DNA of 45,139 bases from an uncultured Lachnospiraceae bacterium (lineage in GTDB: Bacteria; Bacillota; Clostridia; Christensenellales; UBA1242), in contig CAYWFC010000003.1 in NCBI GenBank assembly GCA_964457935.1, forward strand, positions 1 to 45,139, read 5' to 3'. This document shows, piece by piece, positions 1 through 8,523 of the stretch. A model generated the notes under the pieces. The model searched no databases. It saw only the letters and a program-made list of their open reading frames with translations, and was not told the origin of the DNA. The position numbers were made by a program, and so were the translations under genes. Position 1 is the first letter of the stretch. Each line of letters opens with the position of its first letter.

Positions 1-830
1 ATGAAATCCTTACTCAACAAGTCTCCGTCGGATTTCATTTCGGCATATCTCAAACAGTGATCAGATACATAGGCTGTGATTAATGAGTTTGCTGTTCACT
101 TGTACTCATAAGACAACCTTCACCATAAGACAACCTTGACGGTTTTCTTATGTTATCTTTCCCCTGAAAGAGTCCTCATGAAATCCTTACTCAACAAGTC
201 TCCGTCGGATTTCATTTCGGCATATCTCAAACAGTGATCAGATACATAGGCTGTGTTTGATGAGTATGCTACCCACTCTCATTCATAAGACAACCTCACG
301 AATAACGGCGACAAGACTGCCTATTCGTTACGGTTTTCTTATGTATCTTTCCCCTGTCGGAGTCCTCACAAAATCCTTACTCAACAAGTCTCCGTCGGAT
401 TTTGCTGTGGCGTATCCAAAGCAGTGGTTAGACACATAGGCTGTGTTTGATGAGTCATGTACTCATAAGACAACCTTCACCATAAGACAACCTTGACGGT
501 TTTCTTATGTATCTTTCCCCTGAAAGAGTCCTCATGAAATCTTTACTCGACTAGTCTCCGTCAGATTTCATTTCGGCATATCTATAATAGTGTGGCGGAA
601 AGATAAACTAAGAGTACAGATACGGCGTCAACCGACCCGCGAAGATGATATATCATCGAGTGGTCAAAATAGTAATCAGATTGCCGTCAGATTTTGCTGT
701 GGCGTATCTCAAACAGTGATCAGATATACTGGCTATGTTTGATGAATGCTGCTCACTAACAGTGGTCAGACACATAGGCTGTGTTTGATGAGTCATATAC
801 TCATACGCATCACAAGTCAACCTGACGATA
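1..830 (-). repeat. Tandem array of 166-190 bp structured non-coding repeats (candidate ncRNA array), truncated at window start
   Basis: Units start at 1, 178, 368 and 534, each with (atg/aca)aaatc(c/t)ttactc(a/g)ac(a/t)agtctccgtc(g/a)gattt. Partial units lie at ~684-805. Units carry conserved inverted repeats with variable loops. Strand is inferred from the promoter and G-U-compatible changes. Confidence 0.85.
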
Positions 831-833
831 TAC

Positions 834-862
834 ACTATACATGAAAAAATATCTTTTGTCAA
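834..862 (-). promoter_or_regulatory. sigma-A-type promoter firing into the repeat array
   Basis: Minus strand reads TTGACA (862-857), 17 nt spacer, TATAGT (839-834). Confidence 0.7.
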
Positions 863-920
863 TAGATTTTGGCGAAAAACATTTTTTCGGCATTATTCGT
901 AAGGGTGTCTTATGATGACA

Positions 921-994
921 TGGCAGGCGAGAAAGGAATTGAACCCTTATCAACGGTTTTGGAGACCGTAGTTCTACCATTGAACTACTCGCCT
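921..994 (-). tRNA. tRNA-Trp(CCA)
   Basis: Reverse complement AGGCGAGTAGTTCAATGGTAGAACTACGGTCTCCAAAACCGTTGATAAGGGTTCAATTCCTTTCTCGCCTGCCA folds as a cloverleaf, with CCA anticodon, TTCAA T-loop and encoded 3' CCA. Confidence 0.97.
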
Positions 995-1003
995 ATATGG
1001 TAT

Positions 1004-1032
1004 ATTATACACAGGATGGGGGCATTTGTCAA
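1004..1032 (-). promoter_or_regulatory. sigma-A promoter of tRNA-Trp
   Basis: Perfect TTGACA-17-TATAAT on the minus strand, ending about 10 nt upstream of the tRNA. Confidence 0.8.
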
Positions 1033-1078
1033 CGGTTTGGCTAAAATAATGCAAAAAAATCTAGGTGGGGCAAAGTAT

Positions 1079-1108
1079 TTGACATGTAGGGGGGAGATGG
1101 GGTATACT
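1079..1108 (+). promoter_or_regulatory. sigma-A promoter of trpS
   Basis: TTGACA (1079-1084), 18 nt spacer, TATACT (1103-1108). Confidence 0.6.
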
Positions 1109-1129
1109 GGGAGTGATAAGGAGAGTATC

Positions 1130-2125
1130 ATGGCAAAGACGATATTGACTGGCATCAAGCCGACTGGCACACCGCACTGGGGGAATTATTTCGGCGCGAT
1201 CAAGCCGGCGATAGACATGAGTGCGAATGAGGAGTATCAGTGCATGTATTTCGTGGCGGATTATCATTCGCTGACTACGATAGACAATGCGCGCGACCTG
1301 ACGGAGTACACTTACGAGATAGCGTGCACGTGGCTGGCGTGTGGGCTGGATGCGGAGAAGGTGTTATTTTACAAGCAATCCAGCATACCGGAGACATTCG
1401 AGCTGGCTGTGATACTAAGCAATCTCACGCCGAAGGGGCTGATGAACAGGGCACACGCGTACAAAGCCATAGTGGAGCGCAATGAGGCGCTGGGAGTGGA
1501 CGTGGACAGCAATGTCAACATGGGGCTATATAATTATCCTATCCTGATGACAGCGGATATACTGCTGATGAACAGCAGATACGTGCCTGTGGGTGCTGAC
1601 CAAAAGCAACACGTGGAGATAGCGCGCGACATATGTGATTATTTCAACAAGCGTTATGGCAAGGCTCTGGTGCGACCAGAGTGTGTGATCAGTGAGGCGG
1701 TGGCTACCATGCCCGGGCTGGACGGCAGGAAGATGAGCAAGAGCTATGGCAATCAGATACCTATCTTTTGCGACAGGGCGACGCTGGAAAAGAAGATCAA
1801 GTCTATCAAGACGGACAGCAGTCTACCCGGCGAGCCGAAGAGCACTGACTGTGTGCTATACCAGTACATGCGATTATTCGCGTCTGATGCTGAGATGGCT
1901 GACATCACTGAGAGATTTCGCGCGGGGATATCGTGGGCTGAGGCGAAGGCTATGCTATTCGACCTAGCGGACAGGTATTTCGCGCCGATGAGAGAGAAAT
2001 ACGAGTATTATATGTCGCACAGGGACGAGGTGGATGAGATACTGCGACGCGGGAGCGAGCGTGCGCGTGTAGTGGCGAGAGAGACGCTGGACAGGGTGCG
2101 TGGCGCCATAGGGGTGAAAGGATAA
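1130..2125 (+). CDS. trpS: Tryptophan--tRNA ligase
   Basis: TGIKPTGTPHWGNY (HIGH-like), YPILMTADIL, VPVGADQKQH and KMSKS motifs. Start set at ATG 1130 after the AAGGAG RBS because the ORF-track extension runs through the tRNA. Confidence 0.96.
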   Translation: MAKTILTGIKPTGTPHWGNYFGAIKPAIDMSANEEYQCMYFVADYHSLTTIDNARDLTEYTYEIACTWLACGLDAEKVLFYKQSSIPETFELAVILSNLTPKGLMNRAHAYKAIVERNEALGVDVDSNVNMGLYNYPILMTADILLMNSRYVPVGADQKQHVEIARDICDYFNKRYGKALVRPECVISEAVATMPGLDGRKMSKSYGNQIPIFCDRATLEKKIKSIKTDSSLPGEPKSTDCVLYQYMRLFASDAEMADITERFRAGISWAEAKAMLFDLADRYFAPMREKYEYYMSHRDEVDEILRRGSERARVVARETLDRVRGAIGVKG

Positions 2126-2274
2126 TGCTGTGTGTGGCACTGCAGGTGTCGGGGGATAGTATTGTGTGGCACTATCGGGGTGAAATCTTAGCGCAAAAGG
2201 TCGAGAAAGGTCTAATCGTGTCGAAATGTGGGATTTTCGGCAAAATCTCGCTAGAAAAAACTCAAAAAATATGG

Positions 2275-2301
2275 AATTCTCGCTGAGCGAGAATTTTTTT
2301 T
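2275..2301 (+). terminator. Intrinsic terminator after trpS
   Basis: aattctcgc-tga-gcgagaatt followed by a T run. Confidence 0.65.
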
Positions 2302-2396
2302 GGCAATTTTTGTAAATCGAGAATAAAAATTTCGAAATTCTCTATTAAAAAGATTGTCGAAACTAGTATAATATAGAAAACTAAAAGGAGAAATAG

Positions 2397-3758
2397 ATGA
2401 AAAAACCGACAAACAAACAAATATACGAACTGAGTCTATCGCAAGAAGTGGTGCGACTGCAGTGCAAGTTTTCTATATACAAGTGCATAGTCAACATCAC
2501 CATGAGTGCGACAAGTGACGAGAAGCTGGACTGGGACGTGATGAAGCATGCGCTAAACATTTGCGTACAGCGTCACGACTGCACTAGGCTGAGACTTTTC
2601 AAAAAGGGTGGCACGCTGATGCAATACTTCGAGGACGAGGTCACATATGACGACATACCGTATCTCGAGTTTGCGACGGCTGAGGAGCAGGCGGAGTACA
2701 TCAGAAGAGAGACATCGCATCCTATCAAATATCTCAAGGGTGAAGTATTCAAGCCATTCTTCGTACGCACATATGACGGCAAGGATATGATACTGGTCAA
2801 GGTGTGTCATTACATATTTGATAATTATGGGCTAAACATATTCTTCAAGGACTTATTCGACGTGTACCATTGTCTAAAGGACGGGACGGAGTTACCTGCT
2901 GAGCCGACTAAGTTTGAGACTATATTACAAAAAGACATCGCGTACAGGCACAACGAAGTGTCATTTGAGAAAAACGAGGCGTTTTATGCGGATTATTTCG
3001 CTAAGCGCGAGGGGCCTTATTACGCCGGCATACATGGTCTGACCAATAAGATAGCAGTCAAGCAGTATCCGACCAAGGGGATGAAATTTTTCTTCATCAA
3101 GAACGACACCAAGGGGTACATGTACCCTATAGACAGTGCGCTAGGTGCTGACATGATGGAGTATTGTCGTGAGCATGGCGTGTCGCCGAACAATCTGATG
3201 TTTTATGCTTGCTCGCTCGTACAGTCCAAGCTAAACAACGACACCAAGCACATGCTACAATTACAGCTATGCAACTGTCGTGGCACTATGGCAGAGAAGA
3301 CTTGCTCTGGCACCAAAGTGCAGAGTCTGGGGTGCTACACCACTGTCGAGCAGGACAAGTCCATACAGGACAACCTAATGGCATTTAACGACGAGCAAAA
3401 AATGCTCATGAGGCACATCGGCTTCCCTGACACTACATTCCAGATGATGAGTCACAAGGCGTGGAACACCAGTCCTATCAAGACTTATTACGCTATCACG
3501 TTCTCATTCATACCTGTGATGCAACCAAAGGGTGTACAGTACCAGATATACAGCAATGGCAAGTTCGTATTGCCGTCTTATGTCGCGGCTATGTACAATG
3601 TGGACACGCACGAGATACAGATGATATACGACTGTCAGAAAAAGATAATCACTGACGAAAATGTGGAATATTTCCACAAAAATCTACTACACATCATTCG
3701 CGCTATGATCAGTCAGCCTGATCTCAAAGTGAGCGAAGTGAAATTATTGGAGAAATAA
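2397..3758 (+). CDS. Stand-alone condensation-domain (NRPS C-like) acyltransferase
   Basis: 453 aa. RHDCTRLR motif and VCHYIFDNYG (HxxxD catalytic motif). AAGGAG RBS. First gene of a C-A-T operon. Confidence 0.85.
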   Translation: MKKPTNKQIYELSLSQEVVRLQCKFSIYKCIVNITMSATSDEKLDWDVMKHALNICVQRHDCTRLRLFKKGGTLMQYFEDEVTYDDIPYLEFATAEEQAEYIRRETSHPIKYLKGEVFKPFFVRTYDGKDMILVKVCHYIFDNYGLNIFFKDLFDVYHCLKDGTELPAEPTKFETILQKDIAYRHNEVSFEKNEAFYADYFAKREGPYYAGIHGLTNKIAVKQYPTKGMKFFFIKNDTKGYMYPIDSALGADMMEYCREHGVSPNNLMFYACSLVQSKLNNDTKHMLQLQLCNCRGTMAEKTCSGTKVQSLGCYTTVEQDKSIQDNLMAFNDEQKMLMRHIGFPDTTFQMMSHKAWNTSPIKTYYAITFSFIPVMQPKGVQYQIYSNGKFVLPSYVAAMYNVDTHEIQMIYDCQKKIITDENVEYFHKNLLHIIRAMISQPDLKVSEVKLLEK

Positions 3759-3760
3759 AA

Positions 3761-5491
3761 ATGGCAAAATATCAAAACGAAAGAAAAATGCTCAGCAAAG
3801 ACATACTAAAAGACGGAGACTTTGTGACTACGCGTGACGCGCTCGACAGAGTGGCGAAATACTATCCTGACCAGCCTATTTTCGGCGAATTGGATGAGGA
3901 GAAAAATGTAGTTTTGCGCACTGCGGTGGACGTAAGGCAAGACTTTTATGACATAGGCGAGGGTTTGATAGCATACGGGCTAGAGGACCAGCACATCGCT
4001 ATCATCGCTGATAACTCGTACAGATACGTCATCACTGACGTGAGTATCGCAGGCGGTGTGGGCGTAGTGACCCCTATAGACAAGGACGCGAGTGTGGACT
4101 TGACCGCGACACTGCTAAATCGCTGTGATGCGGATGCTATCATCTGCTCGGCGCATCTCATGTCTAAGGTGGAGAAGATATTGGCATCCTGCCCTAGGAT
4201 AAAGACTGTCATCACTATAGACGAGAAAGTAGAGGGGTATCCTGTGCTAGATGAGGTCATCGAGGCAGGCAAGAATGCTGTAGACAAGAAATACACCAAC
4301 AAAGTATTAGATTTGGACAAGACATGCGAGATATTGTTCACATCAGGCACTACTGGCGCGAACAAGGGCGTAGAACTCAATCAGCGCAATCTAGTGGCGA
4401 ACATACTCAACTGTCTGGACGCAGTCAAGGGCGAGAACGATAGGACGAAGAACACGTCTATGTCAATACTGCCTATGCACCATGCTACTGAGATAAATAC
4501 GCACATTATGCCACGTGTGGTCGCTGGCAGGCTGACTTATATATCACCTAGCATGAAAGACATGATGACCAATATCAAGATATTTAAGCCTTATGTCATC
4601 ACTGTGGTGCCTATGGTGGCAAATGCCTTTTATCACAAGATATGGCAACAAGCCAAGAAGCAAGGCAAGGAAGAGAAACTGAAGAAAGGCATCAAACTAT
4701 GCCGACTGATGAATAAGTTTGGCATAGACCTGACGCATAAATTATTCAAAGATTTGTACGAGCCATTTGGTGGCAATCTGACTGAGATAGTATGTGGTGG
4801 CGCACCGCTCAACCCTGAAGTGGTGGCTGGGCTAAAAGACCTCGGTATGTTCATCGTCAACGGCTTCGGTATCACAGAGTGCGGGCCATTGGTGAGTATG
4901 AATGCTGAGACTTATGAGGAAGTGTACTCTATAGGCAGGGCTTGCCCTGGGCTGACAGTCAAGATAGACGACCCAGACGAGAACGGTATAGGCGAACTAT
5001 GTGTCAAGGGTGCTAGCGTGTCAAAAGGGTATTATCGTGACCCAGAAGGCACCAAGCAAGTGTATGATGCGGATGGATTTTTCCACACAGGTGACCTAGT
5101 GCGCATGGACAGCAAGCAGAGGCTATTCATAGCCGGCAGAAAGAAAAATCTGATAGTGCTGGACAACGGTAAGAATGTATTCCCAGAAGAGATAGAACTC
5201 GCTGTAGCTAACAATATCCCTTATGTAAAAGACGTAGTAGTGTACGAGGGCGAGTATCGCAATGGCGACAAGATGAACAGAGTCATCTGCGCAGGCGTTT
5301 ACTGCGAAGAAGGGGTGACGAGAGAGCAGATATTGGCTGACTTTAGGGCGCTGAACAAGACTCTACCACTATACAAAAATGTAAAATACGTCAATGTAGT
5401 GGACAGCGAATACGAGAAGAATGCTTCGAGAAAAATCGTCAGACCGTCGGCATTGAAGCGTCACGACGCGTCTAATGGATTGATAATCTAA
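3761..5491 (+). CDS. AMP-binding long-chain fatty-acid ligase / adenylation enzyme
   Basis: ILFTSGTTGANKGV, GFGITE, FHTGD and GRKKNLIVLDNGKNVFPEEIE motifs. Confidence 0.92.
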   Translation: MAKYQNERKMLSKDILKDGDFVTTRDALDRVAKYYPDQPIFGELDEEKNVVLRTAVDVRQDFYDIGEGLIAYGLEDQHIAIIADNSYRYVITDVSIAGGVGVVTPIDKDASVDLTATLLNRCDADAIICSAHLMSKVEKILASCPRIKTVITIDEKVEGYPVLDEVIEAGKNAVDKKYTNKVLDLDKTCEILFTSGTTGANKGVELNQRNLVANILNCLDAVKGENDRTKNTSMSILPMHHATEINTHIMPRVVAGRLTYISPSMKDMMTNIKIFKPYVITVVPMVANAFYHKIWQQAKKQGKEEKLKKGIKLCRLMNKFGIDLTHKLFKDLYEPFGGNLTEIVCGGAPLNPEVVAGLKDLGMFIVNGFGITECGPLVSMNAETYEEVYSIGRACPGLTVKIDDPDENGIGELCVKGASVSKGYYRDPEGTKQVYDADGFFHTGDLVRMDSKQRLFIAGRKKNLIVLDNGKNVFPEEIELAVANNIPYVKDVVVYEGEYRNGDKMNRVICAGVYCEEGVTREQILADFRALNKTLPLYKNVKYVNVVDSEYEKNASRKIVRPSALKRHDASNGLII

Positions 5492-5509
5492 CGACCAAAA
5501 GGAGGAATT

Positions 5510-5746
5510 ATGAACGAACTAAAAGACATCATCAGCGAATATGTGGGCGTACCATCCAACGAAATACAGACAGATATGAGTCTGCTGGGAGATATCGGAT
5601 TAGATTCTTTTGGCATGATATCACTCATCACCGCTATAGAGGACACATTCGAGGTGTCTATACCTGAGTGCGCATTGCCTAAATTCCAGACTTTGGATGA
5701 TTTGGGCGACTACTTGTCTAAAAACAGCAAAGTGTATGTAGCGTAG
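5510..5746 (+). CDS. Acyl carrier (thiolation) protein
   Basis: 78 aa, acidic, DIGLDSFG phosphopantetheine site, AGGAGG RBS. Confidence 0.92.
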   Translation: MNELKDIISEYVGVPSNEIQTDMSLLGDIGLDSFGMISLITAIEDTFEVSIPECALPKFQTLDDLGDYLSKNSKVYVA

Positions 5747-5750
5747 GCAA

Positions 5751-5915
5751 TTTTAGACAAAAAAGGAAGATTTTAGACAAAATTAGACTAAAATAGACTT
5801 AGAGTGGGTGTATTTTGGGCAAAATTAGACTTTTTTTGACAAATATCGGAATAGTTTAGACTTTTTTAGACCAAAACAGACCAAATGGGCAAAATTTCAG
5901 ACCAAATATGACATT
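5751..5915. repeat. Degenerate ~10-bp-phased (T/A)nAGAC micro-repeats
   Basis: ttttagac, aattagac, aaatagac and cagac recur at ~5751, 5771, 5781, 5791, 5822, 5855, 5865, 5877 and 5898. Confidence 0.55.
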
Positions 5916-5930
5916 TGTAGCCAGTGTGGG

Positions 5931-6650
5931 CTATGACTGGATATTTTGGTGAGGACGAGAGTGTGTGCTCTCGTCTTTTTTGTGCAAGATTATCTTTTTC
6001 GGGCTGATGTATTCGGCGAGAATGATATTCTTTAGGTCGCGTCGGGTGTGCAGGTGGCAGGCTTCGTACAGCCACTGTTTGTCACGCGAGATGGACGCCA
6101 GTACGGTGTAATTGATGTGTCCGTCTATGATGAGATATTTGGTCGGTTGGGAGACGGCTGTGGTGTGCGCGTGAATGTCTCGGTGTGTGAGCGGGCGGTA
6201 GTCGGGCTTCGGCAATATGCTAATCTCGCCGTTATTCTCGAAGAATATGTACGATATCTGGTCGAGGTCGAAGTAATTTTTCGCCCGGCACAGCCCGAGC
6301 AGGTCGTTGATGTCGAGTTTGGATTTTTTGAGGTTTTTGTAGTTTATTTTGCCGTCGGTGAGCAGTTCGAGTTGTTTGCCTTTTAGCAGTTTTTTGAATG
6401 GGATTTTTCGCTCGAGCAGGTCGATGAATATGGTCAGCAAAAAGAATATCCCCATGGCGACTAGGTAGTAATACCAAGGATTTTTGAAGTCTGTAGCCCA
6501 TTGCCCTGCTATATTGCCTATGCTGATGCCCACTACATAATCCACCACTGTGAGTTGGGCGACTTGTTTCTTGCCGAGCATATTGGCTATGATGAATATA
6601 GCCACGAATGAGAACGCGGAATTGATAGTGATGATGATCCAATCTGACAT
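5931..6650 (-). CDS. DUF421/YetF-family membrane protein
   Basis: GKKQVAQLTVVDYVVGISIGNIAG, three TM segments, DGKINYKNLKK and FENNGEISIL motifs. Confidence 0.9.
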   Translation of the reverse strand: MSDWIIITINSAFSFVAIFIIANMLGKKQVAQLTVVDYVVGISIGNIAGQWATDFKNPWYYYLVAMGIFFLLTIFIDLLERKIPFKKLLKGKQLELLTDGKINYKNLKKSKLDINDLLGLCRAKNYFDLDQISYIFFENNGEISILPKPDYRPLTHRDIHAHTTAVSQPTKYLIIDGHINYTVLASISRDKQWLYEACHLHTRRDLKNIILAEYISPKKIILHKKDESTHSRPHQNIQS

Positions 6651-6811
6651 AATGTTACCTTGGTGTTAGTGTAGGGCAAAATATATTTTTTATACCACGC
6701 GGGGTGCAAAATGAGGATTTTGGGTAGAAATGTGTGAAAAAGTGGCAGTGTTTGGCTCGAAATCAATTTTCGTATGATATATTACGGTGGGTTGATTGAT
6801 AGGAGAAATAT

Positions 6812-8512
6812 ATGACTGCTTCTATAGCCGAATTGGCTTATCACAAAGTGGAAGAATTAGAAAAAGAAGTCATAATTTTGCGAAAATTATTGGCGCAGAA
6901 GATAGACGGTATGGACGACGCTGTGAATGGGTTGACTAGCGATATCGCTCATATTAGTATCGAACTGAGCAAAAAAGCAAATACGGCTGACATTGAGACA
7001 CTGACACAAGATTACATCGCAGACATAACTACTACACTAAACAGCAAAGCGGATAAATCCGAGATAAATGATTTGAGTGCTGTGGTGGATGATTTGAGTA
7101 CAGTGGTGGCTACCAAGGCAAGCAATGACGATGTGGACAGCATCAGCCAAACACTGTCTAACAAAGCGGACAAGGCTGACGTGACTAAAGTGTACGTGTA
7201 CATTAACGAGAAACTCGCTACACCAGACTACGAGGCGCTGAGAGCGGTAGTGGCTACCAAGGCTGACCAAACGGCGGTGGATGACTTGAGTGTGGCAGTG
7301 GATGATTTGAGTGCGGTGGTGGATACTAAGGCAAACAAGACCACGCTAAATGACTTGAGCACTGTCGTGGGCACCAAGGCGGACCAGACAGATGTGGACA
7401 GCCTACGTCAAAGTTTGACTACCAAAGCAAGCAAGACGCAACTAGAAAACTTAACTAAGACAGTGGCGACCAAGGCGGACAGCGCTGACATAGATGAACT
7501 ATATGATTATATAGACGAGAAATTAAATACTCCAGACTATGAGGCGCTGAGTGCTATAGTGGATACAAAAGCGGACAAAACTACGCTCAATGTCCTGACT
7601 AATGTGGTGAATGCCAAGGCAGACAAGACGGCGCTGAACGATTTGAGCGCTGTAGTGGACGCTAAGGCAGACAAGACAGAGATGGACGACTTGAGTATGG
7701 TAGTGGCTACCAAAGCAAGCAGTACAGACATAGACGATGTGTATGAGTACATAGATGAGAAACTAAACAAAACTGACTACGACGCGCTGAGAGCGGTAGT
7801 GGCTACTAAAGCAGACAAAACAGCGCTAAGTGATTTGAGAGCGGTAGTGGATACAAAAGCGGACCAGACTGTGCTAGATGAATTGAGTGATACAGTAAAT
7901 ACTAAAGCAGACAAGACCACAGTAGATAGTTTGGCTGTGACTGTGGCTACTAAGGCTGACCAAACGGCGGTGGATAACTTGAGCGCGGTAGTAGCGACTA
8001 AGGCGGACCAAACAGGATTAGATAGTTTAACTGCAGTGGTAGATACTAAAGCCGACAAGGCAGAATTGAAAACTTTGAGTGATGTCGTAAATACTAAAGC
8101 AGACCAAACTACGGTAGATAACTTGACTGCAGTGATAGATACTAAAGCAGATAAGTCAGATGTGGAAGACTTGAGTGCGGTAGTGGATGCCAAAGCGAGT
8201 CAGAGTGCGCTAGATGAATTGAGTGTGATAGTAAACACTAAAGCAGACCAAACTGCATTGGATAATCTGACTACAGTAGTAGACGCTAAAGCAGATAAGG
8301 CTACAGTAGATGATTTGGCTGACGCCATAGAACTCAAAGTAGATAAGGCTACGGTAGATGATTTGACTACATTGGTGGGCACCAAAGTAAACAGTGCTGA
8401 CCTAGAGGGGTTGGTACTGGATTACAGCAATGCGTGTATGAACGAACTAGACTTCGTGCTGAAGGGCAAGGCGTTTAGGATAAAACATTTGGAATTTTTG
8501 GGATATAATTAG
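6812..8512 (+). CDS. KAD-repeat coiled-coil fibre protein
   Basis: About 25 K(A/V)(D/S/N) motifs, mostly with 16-aa period (e.g. KADQTAVDNLSAVVAT). AGGAG RBS. No signal peptide visible. Confidence 0.8.
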   Translation: MTASIAELAYHKVEELEKEVIILRKLLAQKIDGMDDAVNGLTSDIAHISIELSKKANTADIETLTQDYIADITTTLNSKADKSEINDLSAVVDDLSTVVATKASNDDVDSISQTLSNKADKADVTKVYVYINEKLATPDYEALRAVVATKADQTAVDDLSVAVDDLSAVVDTKANKTTLNDLSTVVGTKADQTDVDSLRQSLTTKASKTQLENLTKTVATKADSADIDELYDYIDEKLNTPDYEALSAIVDTKADKTTLNVLTNVVNAKADKTALNDLSAVVDAKADKTEMDDLSMVVATKASSTDIDDVYEYIDEKLNKTDYDALRAVVATKADKTALSDLRAVVDTKADQTVLDELSDTVNTKADKTTVDSLAVTVATKADQTAVDNLSAVVATKADQTGLDSLTAVVDTKADKAELKTLSDVVNTKADQTTVDNLTAVIDTKADKSDVEDLSAVVDAKASQSALDELSVIVNTKADQTALDNLTTVVDAKADKATVDDLADAIELKVDKATVDDLTTLVGTKVNSADLEGLVLDYSNACMNELDFVLKGKAFRIKHLEFLGYN

Positions 8513-8523
8513 GAGAAAAAGAT

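Noticed and set aside
1-830. CRISPR array, hammerhead ribozymes, T-box or known riboswitch tandem as the identity of the left-end array
   Set aside because: Units are 166-190 bp and mostly conserved, with no unique equal-length spacers and no cas genes. TTGATGA lacks the CUGANGA/GAAA hammerhead core, and no T-box GGTGGNACC motif is present. An Rfam search is still needed.
257-862. ORFs 257..439 (+) and 653..862 (-)
   Set aside because: They lie within the repeat array, start with TTG and no RBS, and frames are not conserved between units.
869-1129. N-terminal extension of TrpS in the ORF track
   Set aside because: It overlaps the tRNA and both promoters. TrpS homology and the RBS begin at 1130.
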